DNA of 64,000 nucleotides. Source: Vulcanimicrobiota bacterium. Lineage in GTDB: Bacteria; Vulcanimicrobiota; Vulcanimicrobiia; Vulcanimicrobiales; Vulcanimicrobiaceae. The stretch's first letter is position 1; every line of letters begins with the position of its first letter. The notes beneath the pieces were generated by a model that was given only the letters and a program-made list of their open reading frames with translations, was not told where the DNA came from and made no database searches. The stretch covers positions 2,464,001-2,528,000 of the forward strand of contig OY970223.1 in the NCBI GenBank assembly GCA_963714015.1. The letters run 5' to 3'. Shown here piece after piece: positions 11,159-21,250 of the stretch. Position numbers and translations under genes: made by a program.

Positions 11159-12123
11159 GCGAGATGCATCGTCGCCAGCGCCGCCGGAACGCACCATGCG
11201 GACAATCGAATGCGCAGGTACGCATTGAGAGCAGCATTCAGCAAGAACAGGAAATAAAGCGCCGGCACAATCGCAGCCAGGGGACGCAGCGGCGTCGTGA
11301 CCAATAGGAGCGAAAGCGCTAGTCCTGCGATTAGCGTGGGCGGCGCCAGTGTACGCATCGGTACGGTTCGCGGGTGCAGCAACCGGGTCATGTTGCGCCA
11401 ATACCCGTAGCGGTACATCTGCCTGGCCAAGGCCCGCAGCGTACGCCGAACGTGATACTTCACCTGGATGTGCGGCGAGACCAGCAGCCGCCCTCCTGAG
11501 GCCGCTATCCGGTAATTCATTTCGGAGTCTTCGTCGAACGCGACGCGTTCATCGTACCCGCCTAATGCGCGCAGGACGTCCGCGCGCGTAAAGATGCAGA
11601 ACACGGAATCTGTTTCCGTTTCTTCCTTTGCATATCGGAACTGCGCGTTTCCGACGCCGTAGACGCTCGACATGCACCATGCCACCGCCGATCCGAGCAC
11701 ACCCTCGCCGATTGGTCTTTGGACGCCGCCGACCGCCGTCGTCCCGGTGCGCTGGATTACTTCCAAACACGAGGCCAAGTAGTCCGCGGCGTACTCCGCG
11801 TGTGCGACGATCATTGCGAAGTACTCGCCTTGCGCTTCACGCAGGCCGATGTTCCACGCGTGCACCTGCAATCGTTTCGGATTTTCGATCAAACGAATTC
11901 GCGTGCCGAACTCCGGCATGGCACGAACGAGCCGCGCAGTGCCGTCCGTACTCATTCCATCAATGACGAGAATCTCGAGCTCTCCCGGCAGTCCGCGCTG
12001 GTCCAACAGGCCCTGAAGACATTGCTGGATGTGCCCCTGCTCGTTGTACGTCGCGACGACCGCCGTGACGGTTATGCGATCTGGGCGTACAGGTTGCGCA
12101 GTTTCCGCGCTTCGTTGATCCAC
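11071..12123 (-). CDS. Glycosyltransferase family 2 (ExoA-like)
   Basis: Motifs ATYNE, IDGMSTDGT, GGYDER, EDSEMNYRI and QMYRYGYW, plus C-terminal TM helices. GGAGAGG SD precedes GTG 12123. Confidence 0.9.
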   Translation of the reverse strand: MDQRSAETAQPVRPDRITVTAVVATYNEQGHIQQCLQGLLDQRGLPGELEILVIDGMSTDGTARLVRAMPEFGTRIRLIENPKRLQVHAWNIGLREAQGEYFAMIVAHAEYAADYLASCLEVIQRTGTTAVGGVQRPIGEGVLGSAVAWCMSSVYGVGNAQFRYAKEETETDSVFCIFTRADVLRALGGYDERVAFDEDSEMNYRIAASGGRLLVSPHIQVKYHVRRTLRALARQMYRYGYWRNMTRLLHPRTVPMRTLAPPTLIAGLALSLLLVTTPLRPLAAIVPALYFLFLLNAALNAYLRIRLSAWCVPAALATMHLAYGLGWIAGAATFRKRRDAALAIWPAAQR

Positions 12124-13203
12124 TGATACCTCTCCAAAACGAGGTCGCGTCCGCGCCGGCCCATGGCTTGCGCGAGATCGGGGTTATCGACGATCCGGCT
12201 TACGGCTTCGGCAATCGCGTCCGGATCGAGGGGATTGACGGCCAGGCCGCAATCGAATTCGGTGACGAGCTCGCTGGCGCGGATCGTCTCCGAGATCACC
12301 ACCGGCAGTCCGGCAGCCATATATTCAAACAGCTTGACCGGCAGCGCATCGGTAAAGTTGGGCGCGGGCCGAAGCGTGATCAAGCCCGACGCGGGCGTGA
12401 CCGAAGAACGCGTGCGACGTCGGGGCGATTGCACCATCCCAAGAAATCGGCTTTCTGCCACGCCGGCATGGCACGAACGCGCTGCTCGAGGGTCTCGTCT
12501 TCGAATTGACCGGCCAAGCGTCAGACGGATTCCTTCGTTCATTTTCGGCGATGCGAACGCTTCCATCAGTTCGATGATGCCGCGCAATTCCGTGATGTTG
12601 CCTAAGATACACGGCGTGTCGCGGCCGGCTGGCGAAGTCACCGGCATCCGGTGATCTGCATTTCGTCCAGGCGCGGATAGTTGCAGACGACCACGGCGTT
12701 GCCGTCGGGAAAGAGTTTGGCGATACCGGGCGTTGCCGCAACGACAGCGCTGTAGCGCCCGTGCAGCATACGCAGCGCAGAATTTCGCCAGCGCGCCGAC
12801 GGTGCGCGCAAGGGCCGCGGAATCCAGTGTTTGTCGGCGATGTCGTTCGGGATGTCCTCATGCACGTCGAAGATGACGCGCGCACCGCGCATTTTCAGCA
12901 ATAGGCCGACGAAGATCAACTCGGGATCGTGAAAATGATAGAAGTCGGCGTCCTCTTCGATCGCCGCGCGCAGCAGCCGACGCATTGTGGACGTCATGCG
13001 CTCCAAGCGATTGCGCGGCAGCGGAAGCGAACGCAAACGAACGCCCGTCGGGAAGGCCGGTCGCTGAGCCGGGCGCGATCAGCACGACGTCATAGCCGGC
13101 TTCGGCCAAAGCCGCGCACTCGCGATACGCGATGCGCGTGTCCGCGGGTGTGTGAACCGACGTCAAGTGAGCGACCTTCTGTCTGCTTTGCGGCGCTGCG
13201 CAT
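12072..13203 (-). CDS. Glycosyltransferase family 4 (several frameshifts)
   Basis: Fragments read [30 protein letters not shown] and [15 protein letters not shown]. Confidence 0.85.
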
Positions 13204-13318
13204 CTGCCGCTTTATCGTGTCAGACGCGACCCCGCAAAGGCGACGGGGAAAAGTCCTAGCAGGCGGGGTCCATCGGCGCCGACGTCGCGGGCGCCCGGCA
13301 CGGTAGACTTAGACCTGA

Positions 13319-14523
13319 ATGAAGCGGTTGCTCTTGATTGCGTATGCCTTCCCGCCGGACCCATCGCCCGGTGCGCAGCGGCCCGGATACCTGGCCAAGT
13401 ACCTGCCGCAATTCGGATGGGAAGCCCATGTAGTCACGCGGGCTTGCGGAGACACTAAATGGGCAGAACCACGCCCCGCAAAGCCGGCGCGCATATCGCC
13501 GAACTCGCCGCTGCGTACGTTCCTGCGCACCGCCAAGGAATCACTCCTTATCCCCGACCGCGCGGCGCCCTGGATTCCCTATGCCTTGAAAACCGGACGG
13601 CAACTGCTTGCGCGAGAGCGCTTCGACGCGATTCTCGGAACTGCGCTTCCGGCAAGCGTACACATCGTCGCGGCCATACTTGCCCGCGAAAGCGAACTCC
13701 CATGGATAGCGGATTATCGCGACCCGTGGACGGGAAATCGCTACGTTCGACGCAACGCGTTACGCCGCGCGCTGGAGTCTTCGGTCGAGAAGCGACTTCT
13801 GCGCAGAGCGGACGTCATAACGACGATTTCGCAGCCAATCGCCGATCAGTTGCAGAGCGTGCAGGGCGCAACGAAATCGTCGTAATTCCTAACGGATACG
13901 ATGCGTCGGAATGGCAGGGCTTGGCCGCGGAGCCGCCTGCCGGCTTTAGGCTTTGCTATACCGGCTCAATGTATGACGGAAAACGCACCCCGGATCTGTT
14001 GTTCGCCGCGATCGCCCGGCTTCGCGAGGAACGGCATCCCGCCGGCATGCAAGTCCGGGTCGACTTCTACGGACCCAGCAGCGACAACGTCATTCCCGCT
14101 GCCCACGAGCACCAAGTCGCAGACGCCGTTACGCACCATGGTATCGTACCGCGCACAAGAGCAATGCAAGCCCAAGCCGGCTCCGCGGGACTATTGATTT
14201 TTCTCAACATGGATCCGGGAACGGCATCGGAAACCGGGAGCAAGTACCTGGAATACCTCGGCGCCCGAAAGCCTATTGTGGCATTAGGGCCGCAGGAGAG
14301 CGTGATGCGCGGGCTCATCGAGCGGAATGGCCTGGGCTATTTCGCTTCGAACTCCGACGACGCCGCGCATGCCCTAAAGCTGCTCCACGATCGCTACGTT
14401 TCGGGCCACTGTTCGATCGATCCGGACCCACGTCAATTTCCGAACGCGATCGATCTAGCGGGCGCTTTCGCCGCGGAGTTGGACGAAGCGATTACCGCAG
14501 GAAGTCGCGCGCGCGTTGCATAG
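13319..14523 (+). CDS. Glycosyltransferase family 4 (frameshift near 13870)
   Basis: Motifs IAYAFPP..SPGAQR, WIADYRDPW, IPNGYD, YTGSMY and KYLEYLGARKPI. Confidence 0.88.
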
Positions 14524-14742
14524 ACGGCGCTTCCAATGCGCAGCGGCACTTAAAGCGTCACATTGACCGTGCAATCTCGGGCATTCTAAGCCGTCGCTGA
14601 CACAAGCGGGCTGTTGGTATCCAGACCCGCAGACGGGCCTCGTTTGTGCTTCTGCGCCATGGCCCCATTACGGGTTCCCTATTAGGCCCTTTTATTGGAA
14701 AGTTTACCGTGCTTCACTCTTTGCAGTTATGGGAGCGTGAAA

Positions 14743-15910
14743 ATGCGGCTTGCATCGTTATGCGCACCTTTGGTTGCCGGGTTAGTCCTTTCGGGCTGCT
14801 CCGGATCAGGCGGCGCAACGCCAACGTCGAGACTCAATTCGGGGCTGTACATGCCCGTGAGCGCCGGCACCGGCATTGCACAGGCCCCAGCCGAACGGCA
14901 AAACGCTCGCTCTTTGATAGCGATAAAAGAGATCAGCTTACCAGATCATATGTCCATGCCGCCTTTGCTTGCGGTTTCCGCCACCGGCGCCGTCTATTTT
15001 AATGAGGGGAATTCCGGAACGCGGTATTACCAAGGAAAATACCGCTTTACCAAATGCGCTCAAATCAAAGATTGGTCGCCTTTTTCATCAGAACCGCAGT
15101 TGATGGCGGTCGATGCTGGTGGTACCGCTTTCTGGACATGCACGTATCAATTTAACCGTTCAATGACAATCATGGGAACGATCCAGCGCGGCGCGAACGG
15201 CGGGTACGCAAAGGATTGGGCCGGCACGCAGATTGTGCAGAACCTGTCCGGAGCCGACAATCTACCGTATTTTGATATGTTTATCGACACGGCCGGTTCG
15301 GTCTGGATCGCGGGCGCCAGCGTCGACTATTCCAGTGCGCTTAACGTAGCGACCAAGAACGGCCAACTGTACGAAATCGATCCCCCTAAAGAGGCTGTCT
15401 CCAGTTTTGCCGAAGACGCCCATGGAAAGGTGTGGGCCTCCGCATTTATTTGTCCGAACGCCATTTACGAGTATGTCACGGGGTGTAGCGGTGAGATAGT
15501 CAACTTCGATACAACGGGCAACATCGTCCAACGCTTTTCGGTGTCAACCAGCGGAGTCGGCGGCATGACCTTCGACAAGGACGGAAACATCTGGTTCACG
15601 GACCAAGGAAACAATGAGATCGCTGAAATGAGCCCCGGCGGTACTCTGGAAAACGCGTACCCGATCCCGACCGCGTCGAGTATGCCGATGCGAATTGTCC
15701 TGGGGCCCGGCGGCGCGCTTTGGTTTACCGAAGCGGCTGCGAATAAGATCGGCCGGTTCTACCGCGGCACATTTACGGAATACCCGTTAACCGTGCCGAA
15801 CGCTCAGCCTTACGACATCGTCCTGTCGCCCTACCATCCAGCCGGCGGCGGCCGGCTGCTGTGGTTTAGCGAATACGATCACTTAGGGCGAATTACGATA
15901 AGGAGTGAGA
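14743..15910 (+). CDS. Secreted lipoprotein with Vgb (virginiamycin B lyase)-like beta-propeller; true 3' end uncertain (ORF runs on to 16194)
   Basis: Lipobox LVLSGC and repeats DGNIWFTD, GPGGALWFTE, NKIGR. GGGAG SD precedes ATG 14743. Confidence 0.75.
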
Positions 15911-16059
15911 TGCTGCCGAAATATGGCCGGGCGAATACAATGCGGAGCATCCACAGCGGCTCGGCGGGAAGACGCCTGAGGAATTCCTCGGAGTCTATGA
16001 AACTAAGCCAACTCCACAATTATGAGCTGCGTCATGACGGGGTCACCTTAGACTGGAGT

Positions 16060-16300
16060 GCGTCGACCCAGTGTCATTCACAGCGGTTACGGACGACACA
16101 CACGAATACAGAAGTCGGCCGCGTCTTGGACCGGTATCACATGCGCGCCATGGCGGTCGATAGCATGTCGATCATGTGCCGCTGGCTTATCTGAGAGATA
16201 TTTGCCTCTCGCATAAGATCGTAGGCGGCGTTGGATACTATCCCGATGACGTGCACCTTCATATTGACTGCGGCCCGCGGCGGATTGGGAAGGACAGTGC
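16060..16300 (+). pseudogene. Peptidase M15A/YcbK-type (LAS family) remnant
   Basis: Across frameshifts it reads VIHSGY(R)TTHTNTEVGRVLDRYHMRAMAVD ... LAYLRDICLSHKIVGGVGYYPDDVHLHIDCGPRR, giving the SGYR, HxxxxAxD and HxD zinc motifs. Confidence 0.7.
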
Positions 16301-16461
16301 ATTTAATCCGCATCCGCTCGTTGCCTTCTACGCAGCACCGCTGTCCGAAGAGAGCATCGTTCAATCCGCAAGGCTACGAAACTTTGCTTAGCCCGAGTTA
16401 CCCAACGCGTTAGGACGATCACCCCGTCGAAACGCGGCGATTACGGCACTATCTTAGATAT

Positions 16462-17412
16462 ATGTTCCGTTACACCTCAGGCACCGTCCTCGCGGCGGCG
16501 CTTTGCGCTTGTTCCTCACCCTTGGCAGCGCCAAATATCCTGCAGTCCCGTGCACAGCCCGAATCTGTAACGGCATCCGTTGCAAAAACGACCTGCACCC
16601 GGAATTGTCTGTACGTTACGGAACGGTTCGTGTGGCAACAATTCGCCCCGCCTTATAGCGCAGACTCGGCGCCGGTTTTCAGCCGCGACTCCAAAACGCC
16701 GCTCAGCGTAGCCGCCAGCGCGCAGTACCTGGCGGTTTCTCGCACCGGATCTGACGGCATCGAGCTCTACAAGCAACCGGCCGGCCCCGCGGCGCGCGTC
16801 TATGCAACGATCACAACGAGCGGCGTCCCGGGCTTCGGCGCATTTGACGCTCACGGGAACTTGTGGATTCCTATCGGCGGCGCGAAGGTGCAAGAGTTCA
16901 AGCCTCCGCTCTCCGGTACATCGAAGCCGGCAGTAACGATTTCGAAAGACGCCGCAGGTGCTGTAGCGGCGGTCGCGGATGCGTACGGGAATGTCTACGT
17001 CGTCGAGGACACGGGATCGAGTCCGCCGTCGATGCAGCTCGTCCGCTACTCGAAGCCCTACCCGGGTACGCCGATGATCATGCCGCTCAACGGCAACGCG
17101 TACGGAGAAGCTCTACGGGGCAAAACGCTCGCAGTCACCGAGTATTCCCAACCGGGATGCTACTGCTCCCAGCTCTACGTTTTCACGTTGCCGCTAACTC
17201 CGAACGACGGGTTTACAATCGGCTTGGGGAACGGAATACCCGGCGCTCCGGCTTTCGATGATCGCGGAGCATTCTTTCAGCCCTTTACGGAGGGACCGGT
17301 GGGTGGGACCGACCGCATCGACGTGTACACCTCATTGACCGCTTCAAGCAATCCCGCGTTCAGCATTACCAAAGGAATCACCATTCCGCACCAAGCTGCG
17401 TTCCTTCCCTAG
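16462..17412 (+). CDS. Secreted lipoprotein, NHL/SBBP-like beta-propeller
   Basis: Lipobox ALCAC and repeats AFDAHGNLW, ADAYGNVYV, AFDDRGAFF. Confidence 0.7.
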   Translation: MFRYTSGTVLAAALCACSSPLAAPNILQSRAQPESVTASVAKTTCTRNCLYVTERFVWQQFAPPYSADSAPVFSRDSKTPLSVAASAQYLAVSRTGSDGIELYKQPAGPAARVYATITTSGVPGFGAFDAHGNLWIPIGGAKVQEFKPPLSGTSKPAVTISKDAAGAVAAVADAYGNVYVVEDTGSSPPSMQLVRYSKPYPGTPMIMPLNGNAYGEALRGKTLAVTEYSQPGCYCSQLYVFTLPLTPNDGFTIGLGNGIPGAPAFDDRGAFFQPFTEGPVGGTDRIDVYTSLTASSNPAFSITKGITIPHQAAFLP

Positions 17413-17439
17413 TATAAGGAATTATCGCGATATGCGGGC

Positions 17440-17860
17440 CGGAAATCTCGAGCCGCCTGTGGAGGGCTTGCCGCAGCCTCGGCCGTCCGTACGTGCTGCG
17501 CGATTGCAAGTGCAGCGCTTCCGGTCGATCACCAAGCAGAATATCACTTTGTCGACGCTGCGAGGGCGAACGATTCAACCACGCATAGTAGCCCCTTGCG
17601 GAGACCTCAAAAAGAACGGAAGATCGTAGGAATCGATCGACGATTCCGGGCCTGGTACCCCTTCACAAATTCGAAGACCTGTTCGGCACGGGATTGGTTT
17701 CCCTAGCGAACGAGGCCGCGGCTTTTGCGAGGATGCCGGTTTCGAGCGCAAGGCGTTTATTCTCTTTGCGACTCAGTGCGGCGCGCTCATCGCTCGTTAG
17801 GCCATCGCTGCGAGATGCTGCATCCAAATCGATTTGCTTCGCAATCAACGCACGAGACGC
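17440..17860 (-). mobile_element. IS3-family remnant (3' part of orfA and 5' part of orfB)
   Basis: orfA-like KQIDLDA..SDGLTSDERAAL..ENKRL..ILAKAAASFARE is followed by orfB-like GYYAWLNRSPSQRRQSDILLGDR..HLQSRSTYGRPR. No DDE core or terminal repeats are seen. Confidence 0.8.
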
Positions 17861-17869
17861 AGTTCGGCG

Positions 17870-18132
17870 AGGGTCGCACGTTGCTCGCATTGGCCAAAGG
17901 TGCCGACGGTAATATCTGGGGGTTCGGCAACACGAATAACTCGCTGTACGGCTACGAATTCAGAAGCAACGGAAGTATTGCGGTGCAATGTCCAATCGCT
18001 TCCCCGCTCAATGTTGGAGAAATCGCGGACGCGACGCCCCAGCGGCGCGGTGCATACATACAATCTGCCGTCGTACCTGATCCCCTATTCGTCGGCTGTT
18101 ATTACCAGCTTGTTGAGGTCACGAGCCCTTAA
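17870..18132 (+). pseudogene. Fragment of a Vgb-like propeller gene truncated by IS3
   Basis: LALAKGADGNIWGFG blade-like motif with no N-terminus, abutting the IS3 remnant. Confidence 0.4.
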
Positions 18133-18141
18133 TAGACACCG

Positions 18142-20022
18142 TTAGGCGGAAATACGAATTCGGCGAGTCGTCGTGCTGCCGTTGTGGTGCTTCATCCAGT
18201 TTTCCAGAACGTACAAGTACCAGAGCTGCATAGGCGCGGTTTCGCCTTCGCGCAACGCCTGCAGCCTTCGTAGGACGGCCTGGCTTCGTATCCAGCCGTC
18301 GCGGTCCAGAATCGAATATTCGAACGCTTCCTCGACGTGTTTGCGCCATTTCCCTGCGATCCAGCGTTGCACCGGGATACCGAACCCGCGTTTTTTCCCG
18401 GATGCCAGGCGTTCGCCGATGTTTCTCCGCGCAATCTCGCGCAGAATTGCCTTCAATTTGCCGCGGTGCAACCGCACATCGTAGGGGAGCGCGCCGGCGA
18501 AGTTCCAGAGTTCTTGATCCAGGAACGGTGAGCGAGCTTCCAGACCGTGATACATTGTCGCGCCGTCGACCTTCGTCATGTACTCGCCGACGAATCGCGT
18601 CTCGCGTTCGTAGTCCAGGAAATCGCCAAGAACGTTGCGACCACTCTCGGCGCTCCAATTCAACTCTTTCAATGGCGAGCGAAGGCCGTCGAACTGCTCC
18701 CCAAGCATTCGATTGTGCGCGTACACCGCAAATTCATCTTGCGCGCTGATGATCGCTCCGAGGCCGCCGAATGCGTAATCCAGCAGATGCGCCGCACGCC
18801 CGGCGACGCTACGGCGCGGTACGATGGGCCGCATGACATTCCAAAGCGGTGCCGTGGCTCGGGGCATGGCTTGCCCAAGGCGTTGCGCCAGATAGAAATT
18901 CCGATGGCGTGGATAGCCTAGGAAAATATCGTCTCCGCCGTCGCCCGTGAGTACCACCTTCGCCTCGGTGCGGATGACTTTTGAGAGCGCCAGCATGCCC
19001 AAAGCCGAAGCGCAGGCGAACGGCTCCCCGAACGCAGCCGACAGGTCTCGTATGTTTTCAATCGTGTTGGGATCGGCGGTTAAGACGCGGTGACGAACGC
19101 CGAGTTCACGCGCCGTTTCACGCGCGTCGGCGGTCTCGTCCCATGGATCTCCGGGCGTGCCGATCGTGTACGTGGTGATATCGCCGCCTAAACGCGCCAC
19201 GGCCCAGCACAGCACTCCGGAGTCAATTCCGCCGCTCAATAATGCACCGACGGGGACGTCAGCGGACAAGCGCATCTCGACCGCCCGCAAGAACAGAGCC
19301 TCGGATTGCTCCACCGCTTCTTCAAAGTTGCTCTTCTGCTGCGAAGGGGCCGGCGGCTCCCAATAGCGCTGCAGGCTTAGGCGGCCGTTGCGAAATTCAG
19401 CGATGTGCGCCGCGGGAATTTTCCGAACGCCGCTATACACGCAACGGGCATCCGTCACGAATCCGAATTGCAGATACTCGGCGATCGCTTCGGGATCAAG
19501 CGGCCCGGCAAATCCGCCACACCGCAGCGCCTCTGCGGTGGATGCGAACGCGATGCCGCCGTCGCGCAGCGTGTAAAAAAGCGGCTTTACACCGAGCCGA
19601 TCGCGAACCAGAAAAAGCGCTTGCTCCGTCTCGTCCCAAAGAGCGAACGCGAACATGCCGTGCAGCCGAGCGACGAGTTCGTGCAAGCCCCACGCATCGT
19701 AACCGTGCACAAGCACTTCCGTGTCGGTTTCCGTACGAAAGTTGTAGCCGCGCGCTTCCAGCTGCCTTCGCAGATCGCGAAAGTTATAAATTGCGCCGTT
19801 GAACACGACGCCGAAGCATCCACCGGGCGCAACCATCGGCTGCGCGCCGGCTTCGCTTATGTCGAAAATAGCCAAACGGCGATGGCCCAGGACGGCCCGA
19901 TCCCATGTGCACAGACCGCCTCCATCGGGTCCGCGCCGCGAAAGCGTTTCGACCATCTGCTCGACGGCAAGAGACGTTTGGTGCGGATCGCCGTTAAGGA
20001 CGGCGCCGGCTATGCCGCACAT
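18142..20022 (-). CDS. asnB: Asparagine synthase (glutamine-hydrolysing) family amidotransferase, probably polysaccharide uronamide-forming
   Basis: Motifs MCGIAG (Ntn Cys), RRGPD, GHRRLAI, FNGAIYN, DRLGVKPL, LSGGIDS and EARSPFLD. Confidence 0.95.
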   Translation of the reverse strand: MCGIAGAVLNGDPHQTSLAVEQMVETLSRRGPDGGGLCTWDRAVLGHRRLAIFDISEAGAQPMVAPGGCFGVVFNGAIYNFRDLRRQLEARGYNFRTETDTEVLVHGYDAWGLHELVARLHGMFAFALWDETEQALFLVRDRLGVKPLFYTLRDGGIAFASTAEALRCGGFAGPLDPEAIAEYLQFGFVTDARCVYSGVRKIPAAHIAEFRNGRLSLQRYWEPPAPSQQKSNFEEAVEQSEALFLRAVEMRLSADVPVGALLSGGIDSGVLCWAVARLGGDITTYTIGTPGDPWDETADARETARELGVRHRVLTADPNTIENIRDLSAAFGEPFACASALGMLALSKVIRTEAKVVLTGDGGDDIFLGYPRHRNFYLAQRLGQAMPRATAPLWNVMRPIVPRRSVAGRAAHLLDYAFGGLGAIISAQDEFAVYAHNRMLGEQFDGLRSPLKELNWSAESGRNVLGDFLDYERETRFVGEYMTKVDGATMYHGLEARSPFLDQELWNFAGALPYDVRLHRGKLKAILREIARRNIGERLASGKKRGFGIPVQRWIAGKWRKHVEEAFEYSILDRDGWIRSQAVLRRLQALREGETAPMQLWYLYVLENWMKHHNGSTTTRRIRISA

Positions 20023-20024
20023 GG

Positions 20025-20974
20025 TTAGGCTGGACGCTCTCCTCGAGCGACGACTCCATTACCGCCGTACTCACACAAGATCTTGCACATTCCGAGATCT
20101 TCGAGCGAACGCCGAATCGCGCCGCGCGACCTCAGGTGTTTATACCAGTCCGTCAACGAATCGTGGGTGTCGAGCAACGACCATTCACGCTGCAAACGGT
20201 CCGAGAGTTCCGGATATTCGCGGTAATAGCAGCGAAGTGGTGAGATGCGCGACAGCAGCATGTTCAGGAACCGGTTATTCGCAAAGCGCTTGTGCCATGG
20301 GAGAAAAGCGTCCACGAGCGTATTCGTGACTTTTAGCGCGCGATCTGCGGGCAGGCGAATGAGCACTTGCCGCACGAGCGGAGCAATGTTGCTGAAGCGC
20401 CGCCACGTCAGCGCGTAGTGATCGATTACCAGGCTGCCACCCGCTTTTACGAACCGGAACAGCTGCCGTATAGTCTCCTCGGGACTTGGAGTGTGCTGAA
20501 TCACGCCCAGGCACAACACGACGTCGAACGTCTGATCGGCAAACGGTAGTTTCATAATGTCCGCCTGAGCGACGCGATGCTGCCGGCTAATCGGAAACTG
20601 CCGGGCGTTCGCATCTACTGCGTTGCTCAAATCCACGGACGTGACGAAAGCGCCGGTATCCAGCAGCACTTCAGTGAAGCGCCCGGCCCCGCAACCACAT
20701 TCCAGGATACTCTTGCCGGAGAGCGAGTCCCAAAGATCGGGTCCCATCGCGTGCTTCAATCGATTTCGAGTTATGGGCACGCCCGTGTACGAATCGAGTG
20801 CGTCCGATCGTAGACGTTCCATTGCAGGCCGAAGTGATCGACATACGTCGAGCTGCGTGCGAAGCGCGGAATGTCGCGGTCGATTGCGTAGGTGTGGCCG
20901 CCGTCGCAGCGAAGCGCGACGTTCCCGTCGAAGTGGAGGCGGCCCCCATCCTGCGGGCAATGCCAAGGCGGCAT
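20025..20974 (-). CDS. Class I SAM methyltransferase with N-terminal Trm112-like zinc knuckle (frameshift near 20810)
   Basis: MPPWHCPQDGG..C..GH.Y.I..DIPRF then FGLQW, joined to ILECGCGAGRF and GVIQHTP. GAGGAG SD precedes ATG 20974. Confidence 0.85.
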
Positions 20975-21050
20975 ATGTTGCGACTCCTCAGGCTCAGTTG
21001 TCCGGACCGCGTCCACAAACATTCAGAATCCCCACTCCTGCCGCCGCAGC

Positions 21051-21079
21051 ATTGTAAAGACACCCTCAACAATTGTAAA
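21051..21079 (-). promoter_or_regulatory. Sigma70-type promoter for methyltransferase-asnB
   Basis: The minus strand reads TTTACA-N17-TACAAT, about 75 nt upstream of ATG 20974. Confidence 0.7.
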
Positions 21080-21250
21080 AAGCAAAAGCGCGGCCATCCA
21101 GACTCCAACAGGCAAATGAAGTGGGGTATTTGGACCCACCCTTGCGCCGGTAATGCGCCCGCAACGCTTTCTCTTCGCCTGAAGTCACCGGCCCTTAGGT
21201 CTTTTGGGCGGGGCTGCTCGTCCGGTCGTGCCGCGTTCCGTCAATTTTTA

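Noticed and set aside
21051..21079. ATTGTAAA direct repeat as a transcription-factor site
   Set aside because: It is more simply explained as the -35 and -10 elements of a minus-strand promoter.
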